Shown piece after piece: positions 18,279 to 26,217 of a stretch of 41,607 nt of DNA. How positions within the stretch are numbered: position 1 is the first letter of the stretch; every line of letters starts with the position of its first letter. This stretch comes from a bacterium. GTDB taxonomy: Bacteria; Hinthialibacterota; Hinthialibacteria; Hinthialibacterales; Hinthialibacteraceae. Where the stretch lies: assembly GCA_963663405.2 (NCBI GenBank), contig CAXXSM010000060.1:1-41607 (forward strand). The letters are read 5' to 3'. Below the pieces are notes generated by a model. That model searched no databases. It had not been told where the DNA came from and saw only the letters and a list, made by a program, of their open reading frames with translations. The translations under genes were made by a program, and so were the position numbers.

Positions 18279-18931
18279 ATCAATGGAAACACGAGTGGGG
18301 CAAGGAATCTTTCGAACACTTTTCTAATGACGGCGCCTCGCCCGATAGGAAAGGTGAAACTGAAGATTTCGAAGGGTATGGGCTGATTCGCCAAGGCTTT
18401 CACAATCACCCCATTCCCCCCTATGATTCCGGCCATTTGGCTCAGATGATGTTCGATTCCGCCGTCCCGCATAAACCAATTATTCGAACCGTCTCTCCAT
18501 TTAGACTCTCTTGGAACTTCGCGCTGACATTCGCCAATGGTTTAGCGATTCTGTTATGCGTGATCGTTTTAGGAATTCAATTCGCATCCATATCGTCCAA
18601 TGGAATCAAAACTGCGCGTCTTTCTCCTATAGAAAGCGCATCGAAAATGGATCCATCCTGGCTTTGGGCGATGCGGCTGCGGATGGGAAATCTGGTGACA
18701 ATCCCCCCGTATATGACTGGGGAATTCGAATTAATAGATGGATCTACATTACACGCATCCGCGGGCGCTCAGATCGCGATCCAGTTCGGCCACGATCGCC
18801 GCGTTCAATTAAAACGTGGATCCATTCATGTATGGGCGGCGAAAAACAAAGAAACACCGATGATTGTATGTACTCCGTTGGCCGATGTTATTGTCACCGG
18901 CACCGTGTTCAACGTTCAAGTACTGCCATAA
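18275..18931 (+). CDS. Membrane anti-sigma factor carrying only the N-terminal part of a FecR domain
   Basis: ATGA overlap with the sigma gene; one TM helix (LAILLCVIVLGIQFA); FecR motifs L.DGS.L, V.L..G.I, V.TP...V.VTGTVFNV, then a stop. Confidence 0.85.
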   Translation: MNQWKHEWGKESFEHFSNDGASPDRKGETEDFEGYGLIRQGFHNHPIPPYDSGHLAQMMFDSAVPHKPIIRTVSPFRLSWNFALTFANGLAILLCVIVLGIQFASISSNGIKTARLSPIESASKMDPSWLWAMRLRMGNLVTIPPYMTGEFELIDGSTLHASAGAQIAIQFGHDRRVQLKRGSIHVWAAKNKETPMIVCTPLADVIVTGTVFNVQVLP

Positions 18932-18989
18932 CCACGCCACAAAGACACAACATATTATTCCGTCATTTATCACACATAGGAGGATAGCT

Positions 18990-21900
18990 ATGCGTAACTG
19001 GGTTCCGTTTGCCGCAATCACACTTGTAATCATCGTGATACTTTTAACCGTCATACTCAGTGGCGATCCAGAAAACAAAGACGCCAATGGATTGCTTGTG
19101 TCCGTCGATGAAGGAGGCGTCAACGTTCAAAACAGTCAAGGTTCAACGAACCTGAACGCAGGAGAAAGCGCTCAGGTGGCGCCCGATGGATCGATCGAGA
19201 AAAAAGACTCGTCTGGAAGCGAGTCTGAAAATGAATCCGCCGCTCCGAAAACAGAAGCAACGCTCATCGCTTCCTCCACCGCCGGACAGGATATCGCCTA
19301 CGCGACCAAAGTCGCGTTATGGATAACGGGTTATTCACTTACTGACCAAAATGAACCGCTTGCGGAAACAGTCGTGAAACTATTTTCAAGAGATAATCCA
19401 ACACAATCAGTTAACGCGGCGAAAGACGCAGGGGTCGTATCGGTCAAAACGAACGACAAAGGATATTACGCGCTCCAAGTTCCTGAGATGGGACGGTATT
19501 TTCTATACGCTTCCCCGCAAGGCCCTTATAGCAACGAAAGAGAACGAGTACGACTTACGGATGAGACTCCTGCCGCTGAGATCAATTTTACACATGAATC
19601 CACTTCCTTAGCCGTTCGCGGTAAAGTGATTGACAAAGAGACACAGGAACCGATAGCCGGCGCGTTACTCGTATTATCTCCCAATCCAATAAACATAGAG
19701 AATGCGGTAAAAAACAAGCCAACCGCTGAATCAGACATAAATGGACAATTTATTATTGAGAAAGTTCCGGAAGGAACGTATAACATCGAAGCGTCGGCTA
19801 AAGGCTATCAGGCGCATGAACCACGTCCCTGGCGCGATCCCACAGATCCTCTTGGGAATATTACCGTCAGCGAACAAACACAAGCGAAAGAACATATCGT
19901 TGAATTGCAGCCAGGTGGATCGGTTCTCGTTCGTGTCTTCGATTCTGAGGGCAATCCATTGCCGGACATAACTATCGGGATCGCGATGCAAGGTTCCGAT
20001 CTGTTACCGAGATCAACGGGACGAACGAACGAACGGGGCGAATATCAAAACGATACGCTTCCTAAAGGGAAAGGGCTCGCTTTTGCGAGAGAACGAATTA
20101 GAGATAACGAATCCTCCACCTATGGGATGACGTTGAGCGAAATGTTTGAAACGGGAACCGTCGACGATCCTGCGGAAGTGGAAATCACGATGTCTAAAGC
20201 ATCGTCGATATCCGGCCGGGTGATGAATGAGAATGGCGATCCGGTTTCCGCTATATTATTCGCTCACAACGTTGAAATCCGCCGTATTGCGATGAATGTG
20301 TCGCTGAGCTACCTTTATTGCGAAACGGATGGGAATGGAAACTACACACTTTATGGTCTGGGAGAAGGAACCTGGGAGGTAACCGCTTCAAAAAGAGAAC
20401 AGGGGGATGTCGAAAGAAAACCAAATAAAAAAACCATTGAGATCAAAGGTGAAGAACACTTAACTGGGATCGATTTTATCTTTGGAGAAGAAGAGGAAGG
20501 GGAAACGATTGAGGGCATTGTAAAAGATCAATTCGATGAACCGGTTACGACTGCGCGTCTCTATGTAAATACTCGCAATGAAAAAGGAGAACTGGTCTCG
20601 TCCAGTGGAAAAACGGATGAAAATGGGCATTTTAAAATCAGTGGTTTAACGAAAGCCCCCAATGTCCAAATTGGTTGCTTTGCCGAAGGATATAAAAGCC
20701 ACAACCATCCCCACAAAATGGATGGTTCCTTGATCGAAATCACCATGATGAAAGGTGGTTCGATGGAGGGGATTGTAATTGATAAGGCGGATCAGACACC
20801 GCTTGCGGGTATTCAAGTCCGAATCGATTTTCAATCCGATCCCAACGTTGAAGAAAAGATTGCGGTGACCGACGGTAGTGGACATTTCAAATTCGAAGAG
20901 TTACAACCTGGATTTTATAAAATCATGGCGATTGGAGAAAACTATTCCCGTTTCGAACGCACAAAAGTCGAGCTTCAGCCCGGTGAAGAGTTGACGGGTC
21001 AAGTGATCGATATGGAACAAGGAGTAACGTTCATCGGCCGTTTGACCGGACCGCAAGGAGAACCGGTCGTCGGCGCATCGGTGGGTTTATTGTCGAATCG
21101 ATCGACGGATTTAAATGTCACACACGGTTCGACAATCATTCCGATGCCGGACAGCGTTTCTTCGAACCAAGAAGGGATTTTTCAAATCCAAATCCCATCG
21201 GAGAGAGGGGATACACTCGTCATCATTCCTTCGAATCTCGCGCCAAAGACATTCGCGGTCAATGCGGAAATGGCTCAATCCGAACCGGTCCCCATTCCCG
21301 TAGGAAACGGAGGCGTGGTTGAGGGAACCGTTTTCAACAGTCAAGGCGCCGCTCAAAATTCAGCCAAGATTTCAATCATCGATACACCCGACAGGCTCTT
21401 CCCTTACACCGCATATACAAATGAAGAGGGCTATTATCGCATCGAGCGCGTAGCCGCCGGTCAGAAGGACATAAGTAAACAAGGAGATCAGGGATCATTA
21501 TCCAATGAAACAAAAAAGGCGTCTGTTCAAGAAGGAGAGACAGTGCGCGTTGATTTCGGAAGCGGAGAAGGCGCATTGATCCAAGGAATCGTTACGAAAG
21601 GGGGCGAACCTGTCCCGAACGCCTCTCTCGTTTTAGAGGATCGGGTTAACAGAAATATACGCCTGTTTACTCTTTCAAATGAAAATGGCCTTTATCAAAT
21701 CAAAGGCGTGCCAGATGGTGAATATACACTTTTATGTACGACGAGTGAAAATCTAAACTACATCGGCACATACAACGCCGAAGACTTTGAAGAACTGACT
21801 GTCACAGAGGATCAACAGGAGTATACAGTCAATTTTTCTCTTAAGGAAAAAGAATTGCTGGGAACAATCTTGGATGCGGAAACCGGTGAACCGATTCCAG

Positions 21901-22673
21901 GAGTTGCCGTGAATGCGATAAACAAAGATAATCCAAGAGTCTATATTCCAGAAACAAATACAGAACCGGATGGCCGATTCAAATTGCTATTAAGAAAATC
22001 AGGCTTGTATACAATACACAGCGCAAAAGTGGGCTATAACAATGTGGAAACGGAAGTTGAATACTCTTTAGACGCGGGAGATGAACCACTTACAGTAGAA
22101 ATACAAATGGAACGCGCGGACTGTCAAGTCGAAGCGCATTTAGTTATGCCGATTCAGGATATTGATCCCCGGCCTCCTATTTTTCAAGCGATAGGTGAGA
22201 ATCCTCCCCGGCTGTCGTATGAAGCGATTCCAGACCAGCCTTACACGTACCGCATTACGGGAATGGAAGAAGGCATGCTCGATTTGCGAGTACGTCTATC
22301 AACGAGAGACCGGACATTTCTTGCAATTTCCGACCCAATTCCCGTTAAGAGAGGAGAGACAACACAGATCTTTATGAACTTTTTTGAAATCTCGAGTATA
22401 AATATGCGTCTCATAACGAGTGATGGCTCTCCCATTCCAGCAGAAAAGTCCGCTTACAGGATTGAATTTCAAAATTTCCCCCAATCATCCAAACTTGAGA
22501 TTTCCCCGTCGGTTAGTGAGAATAATATTCAAGTCGAAACACCGCTGGGCAATTATCCGGCGCGGCTTACTGTAACCGGTTTTAAACCTGTAGACTTTAT
22601 CCCCGAAGCGATCGCCGAAATGCAATGGGGACAATCTTTAATGCAGTTGGATTTGAGATTGGAGAGAGAATAA
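18990..22673 (+). CDS. 1227-aa membrane-anchored protein: C-terminal FecR fragment followed by about 10-12 carboxypeptidase-regulatory-like (prealbumin/Cna-B fold) repeats
   Basis: AGGAGGA at 18978-18984; N-terminal TM helix; LLVSVDEGGVNVQNSQGSTNLNAGESAQV; repeated G.V.D..G.P..GA...TD..G.F/Y units. Confidence 0.88.
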   Translation: MRNWVPFAAITLVIIVILLTVILSGDPENKDANGLLVSVDEGGVNVQNSQGSTNLNAGESAQVAPDGSIEKKDSSGSESENESAAPKTEATLIASSTAGQDIAYATKVALWITGYSLTDQNEPLAETVVKLFSRDNPTQSVNAAKDAGVVSVKTNDKGYYALQVPEMGRYFLYASPQGPYSNERERVRLTDETPAAEINFTHESTSLAVRGKVIDKETQEPIAGALLVLSPNPINIENAVKNKPTAESDINGQFIIEKVPEGTYNIEASAKGYQAHEPRPWRDPTDPLGNITVSEQTQAKEHIVELQPGGSVLVRVFDSEGNPLPDITIGIAMQGSDLLPRSTGRTNERGEYQNDTLPKGKGLAFARERIRDNESSTYGMTLSEMFETGTVDDPAEVEITMSKASSISGRVMNENGDPVSAILFAHNVEIRRIAMNVSLSYLYCETDGNGNYTLYGLGEGTWEVTASKREQGDVERKPNKKTIEIKGEEHLTGIDFIFGEEEEGETIEGIVKDQFDEPVTTARLYVNTRNEKGELVSSSGKTDENGHFKISGLTKAPNVQIGCFAEGYKSHNHPHKMDGSLIEITMMKGGSMEGIVIDKADQTPLAGIQVRIDFQSDPNVEEKIAVTDGSGHFKFEELQPGFYKIMAIGENYSRFERTKVELQPGEELTGQVIDMEQGVTFIGRLTGPQGEPVVGASVGLLSNRSTDLNVTHGSTIIPMPDSVSSNQEGIFQIQIPSERGDTLVIIPSNLAPKTFAVNAEMAQSEPVPIPVGNGGVVEGTVFNSQGAAQNSAKISIIDTPDRLFPYTAYTNEEGYYRIERVAAGQKDISKQGDQGSLSNETKKASVQEGETVRVDFGSGEGALIQGIVTKGGEPVPNASLVLEDRVNRNIRLFTLSNENGLYQIKGVPDGEYTLLCTTSENLNYIGTYNAEDFEELTVTEDQQEYTVNFSLKEKELLGTILDAETGEPIPGVAVNAINKDNPRVYIPETNTEPDGRFKLLLRKSGLYTIHSAKVGYNNVETEVEYSLDAGDEPLTVEIQMERADCQVEAHLVMPIQDIDPRPPIFQAIGENPPRLSYEAIPDQPYTYRITGMEEGMLDLRVRLSTRDRTFLAISDPIPVKRGETTQIFMNFFEISSINMRLITSDGSPIPAEKSAYRIEFQNFPQSSKLEISPSVSENNIQVETPLGNYPARLTVTGFKPVDFIPEAIAEMQWGQSLMQLDLRLERE

Positions 22674-22812
22674 AACCAAAATTCGTTATCTATTCCTGCT
22701 TATTCGCCCAATACGATTTCAACTCAAACCTCCATTCATCTCTTAAAGCATTGACCTCCAGCGAACAAGCCACACATATCACTGCTCGATCCTACTTTTT
22801 CGTTCTGACAAC

Positions 22813-22839
22813 GAACTTCTATCCCATCCCTGCGTAGTA
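22813..22839 (+). promoter_or_regulatory. ECF-type promoter (AAC-N16-CGTA) upstream of ECF sigma 2
   Basis: GAACTT at 22813-22818 and CGTAG at 22833-22837; 16 nt between AAC and CGT, matching the SigW/RpoE-type consensus layout. Confidence 0.6.
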
Positions 22840-22874
22840 GATAATAGAAACGGAATTAAAACAATTCACTTTTT

Positions 22875-23393
22875 TTGTTAACAAAAGCCGATCCGGATCG
22901 TATGGACATCATTCGCGCAAATTATAGAGATTTGTATTGTTTCGCATTCCGCATGACCGGAAATCACGAAACCGCGGAAGATATTGTCCAAGAAACATTT
23001 TATAAGTATAGCCGGAAGAATCCTGATCTCCCACATAGAGAAGCGATCCGGCGCTGGCTGTTTGTCGCAATCCGAAATCTGTGTATCGACTGGCTGCGAA
23101 AGAAAACGAAGGCTCCAATCTTGTCCACCGAAGATGAGACAGAGTTATCAACAGACGCTCAAAATCCAGCCGATGTGGTTCTAAAGACGGAACAAGAACA
23201 GATGATTCAACAAGCCGTGCTGTCGCTGCCCCCTCTACAGAGGGAAGCGTTGATTCTTCGAGAATATGAACAGATGAGTTACCGGGACATCGCCGAAGTG
23301 ACCGGCAGTCCAATCGGCACAATCCGCAGCCGGTTGGCGAAAGCCCGGGATGAATTACGAATTCGTTTGCGGCCTTTGCTGCAAGATTTATAA
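22875..23393 (+). CDS. ECF RNA polymerase sigma factor 2
   Basis: AEDIVQETF, WLF...RNLCID, LPPLQREALILR...SY..IAEV.G.PIGTIRSRL..AR. Start may be ATG 22902. Confidence 0.95.
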   Translation: MLTKADPDRMDIIRANYRDLYCFAFRMTGNHETAEDIVQETFYKYSRKNPDLPHREAIRRWLFVAIRNLCIDWLRKKTKAPILSTEDETELSTDAQNPADVVLKTEQEQMIQQAVLSLPPLQREALILREYEQMSYRDIAEVTGSPIGTIRSRLAKARDELRIRLRPLLQDL

Positions 23394-23416
23394 GGAACGA
23401 TCGCTGGAGGCAGGCT

Positions 23417-24067
23417 ATGGCCTGGAAGATGCCCCAAACAGAAGAAGAATGGATGGAATACTTATCCGCGTATCTGGATGGTGAACTGCCATTCGAAGAA
23501 CGGAAGGCGTTAGAAGAATATTTGCAAAACAATCCAGAACAAATGCGGCGTTTGCAAGGCTATCAACAAATGTCTTCTCTGTTACGCGCTTGGACTGTGA
23601 GGGTTCCCGATCCCAATCCATCGTTTGTCAAACGAATGGCTCAAGAGACCGAATATAGAGAGAAACCTTCCACGATCTGGCAATGGTTAGGCGTTCCCAC
23701 CTTTCAATGGGGTCAATTCGCCTCTGGAATGATTGTAGGTATCTTCTCGCTGTTAATTTTGCAGGCGTATCTTCCCATCAAAACAGCGCAGATCCTTTCC
23801 ACATCAATGCCTCCCGCAAACGCAACACCGGTTTACAATTTCCATCTCTCACAAGAGCAGGCGGAAAATTTATTACAAGAAGTCACAGCGAAGGGAATGG
23901 TTGTAGAACTCAAAACACTCATCCTCAATCGAAACTGGAGTCAAGCGGCTCAGGCCTATCAATTGTTACAAGAAAATTATGCAAACACGAAAGCGTTTAT
24001 CGAAGTAAAAAATCAACCTGACATACAGGCTCTGATCGAAAAAATCAACGATTCAAGGAGTATTTAA
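23417..24067 (+). CDS. Membrane anti-sigma factor (zf-HC2-like N-terminus lacking the HxxxCxxC ligands)
   Basis: LSAYLDGEL..EE...LE.YL; one TM helix; GGAGG RBS; C-terminal TPR-like helix pair. Confidence 0.85.
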   Translation: MAWKMPQTEEEWMEYLSAYLDGELPFEERKALEEYLQNNPEQMRRLQGYQQMSSLLRAWTVRVPDPNPSFVKRMAQETEYREKPSTIWQWLGVPTFQWGQFASGMIVGIFSLLILQAYLPIKTAQILSTSMPPANATPVYNFHLSQEQAENLLQEVTAKGMVVELKTLILNRNWSQAAQAYQLLQENYANTKAFIEVKNQPDIQALIEKINDSRSI

Positions 24068-24069
24068 TC

Positions 24070-26133
24070 ATGAATAATCAATTCATTTTAATAACGGCCA
24101 TTGGTTTTATCTTAGTAATTTCTCTCAGCGGGTGCGTAACCAATCCGATCGCATGGAGTCCGGATGGACGCTACATCGCTTTCACCGGGATGGATGATGA
24201 AAAACTCTGGGTGTGGGATAACCAGTCGCAAACCATAACGCTTTACAACGATGACCATATAAGAGAATGCCGTTTTGTCAATAATGGGGAAGAACTACTC
24301 TATACAAAGTCACGCCAGGATCCTGGGGAATACTATGATTTCTTTAAAACAAACATTCACTCACATGGTGAAGAAGTCCTCGTTGAAAAGGCGGCTCTCT
24401 TCTTTGACACATCGGACGATGGAAAATACTTGTTCTATTTGAAAGAGGATGAAGAAAAGAAACAGTGTGAATTATGGCAGATCGATATAACAACGAAAGA
24501 AAACACCCGGTTGTTTGGACAGCAAGACCTAAATATTGATTTCGTCGACGTCGATTCATCCGGCCAACGGTTTTTATTCACAGCCGATAAGAGTCATATA
24601 GCGCTTTGGGAAAAAGGAGATACGGGAAAGTTAAAATTACTAAAGGAGAACAATACCCGAGACCTTGTATTTCCTCAATGGTTGGATCATGACCGCTACT
24701 TCTATTATGAAACGGATAATGATAACGACGTAGGAAATCTAATTTTGGATTCGATCAAGTCTCCAAATCCCAATATCCTATGTCAAGATGTTTGTGTCTG
24801 GGATCTTCCATCGATTACTCCCAATAAAAAAACCATCATCGTTTCTGTAAGACTTGATGAAAAAAACTCTCAACTCATAGAAATCGATCTCACAACAGGC
24901 GAAAAGAAGTTATTGACCAATCATATTTTTGGAGCTAGTTGGGGCGCGCTCAGCCCGGATGGAAAAAAACTCGCCTATATCCCAAGTCCATACAAAGACG
25001 AATCACATTTTATGCTACGGCTGCTCAACCTGGAAAATGGGAAGGAACAAATCATTTGGCGCAATCATGAAGAGCGTTTATTTGCAATTTCCGAAGCGCT
25101 TTTTCAACAGGAAGAATATGCGCTCGCGGTCAGCAGCTATCACGATTTACTGGCTCTATCTCCAGGACCTGAAATGGCGAATATGGCTTGGTTACGAATC
25201 ATGCAGTCTTATCTTACTCCACTGCATTTGGATTTAGATAAAGCGTTTGAAGCGCTGAACGAAATGCCTCAGCCAGACATCATGGCGCATTCCCTTTTCT
25301 GGAAAGAAACAGTTCGAACGGTGAGCGATCCAGCGGACGATTGGATTGAGCAATACGGAACGAAAGAGTCTCAAGAGAAATTTGGATTCAATACCGACTC
25401 CACTCGCGATCTGCGGGGTCTCGCCATCAAACATTCAGATCAAAGGCTGTTTTTGAAAGTCGATTATAATTCCAACCGCGATCTATCAGGATTGACATTC
25501 TCGGACACGATCATTCTTCTTGACTATGACTCGCCCAATTCAGGTTGTCACACGATTTCCAACATCACTAAATGGGATCGGGGCGCGGAACGAATCATTG
25601 CGCTTCGACACTGGTATGAACAGGGACGAGACAGTCAGTACGATATGGCGATAATGAATGAAAAAGGAGAGAATATCACATATTTTCTCGCCGCCGGTTT
25701 TTCTCCCCCCAAACTGCCCCATTTCGACCTGATAGAAATCCAAGGCCAAACGGGATCGTATTTTCTTTCAAAAACCAAAGAAACGATAGAAGACGTTCTT
25801 GGTTTCGTAGGGATCGATCCTAACGCGTCAGAGATAACCGTTCAACAAGAAACAAGCGGAGAGGAAGGCTCCATCGTATTTTCGATCGCAAAAGATATAT
25901 TGGATCTTCCCAAGAATAAAAAGATATTTATTCAAGTCTGCGTATTGAAAGGTGGAATTGAAAGTTATCAAAAAACCGAACGCCCTCAAAAGATGCTGAT
26001 CGATAACAAATTGGTTTGTGATGTGGCTGACGCGTTTGGAAATGAGAACACGGCTCAGCGGATTTTAAACGAGGTAAAAGCCGGTAAACCAGCCATAATC
26101 AAAGGGTATGGCGCCGTTTTGGAAATGCAGTAA
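24070..26133 (+). CDS. Lipoprotein with a TolB-like beta-propeller, TPR-like helices and a C-terminal beta-sandwich domain
   Basis: LSGC lipobox; WSPDGRYIAF and LSPDGKKLAY PD40-type repeats; EEYALAVSSYHDLL; 2 nt downstream of the anti-sigma stop. Confidence 0.8.
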   Translation: MNNQFILITAIGFILVISLSGCVTNPIAWSPDGRYIAFTGMDDEKLWVWDNQSQTITLYNDDHIRECRFVNNGEELLYTKSRQDPGEYYDFFKTNIHSHGEEVLVEKAALFFDTSDDGKYLFYLKEDEEKKQCELWQIDITTKENTRLFGQQDLNIDFVDVDSSGQRFLFTADKSHIALWEKGDTGKLKLLKENNTRDLVFPQWLDHDRYFYYETDNDNDVGNLILDSIKSPNPNILCQDVCVWDLPSITPNKKTIIVSVRLDEKNSQLIEIDLTTGEKKLLTNHIFGASWGALSPDGKKLAYIPSPYKDESHFMLRLLNLENGKEQIIWRNHEERLFAISEALFQQEEYALAVSSYHDLLALSPGPEMANMAWLRIMQSYLTPLHLDLDKAFEALNEMPQPDIMAHSLFWKETVRTVSDPADDWIEQYGTKESQEKFGFNTDSTRDLRGLAIKHSDQRLFLKVDYNSNRDLSGLTFSDTIILLDYDSPNSGCHTISNITKWDRGAERIIALRHWYEQGRDSQYDMAIMNEKGENITYFLAAGFSPPKLPHFDLIEIQGQTGSYFLSKTKETIEDVLGFVGIDPNASEITVQQETSGEEGSIVFSIAKDILDLPKNKKIFIQVCVLKGGIESYQKTERPQKMLIDNKLVCDVADAFGNENTAQRILNEVKAGKPAIIKGYGAVLEMQ

Positions 26134-26217
26134 TACTGCGGAATTACATATTCGCGTCGAATCCTGCCTCTCCCTTACTTTGTTGAACTCATGTATTGGA
26201 AATTAATTCGCGTTCCC

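Noticed and set aside
18864-18989. ORF-track start at 18864 for the 1269-aa protein
   Set aside because: It overlaps the anti-sigma gene and has no RBS. ATG 18990 has AGGAGGA and begins a clean TM anchor.
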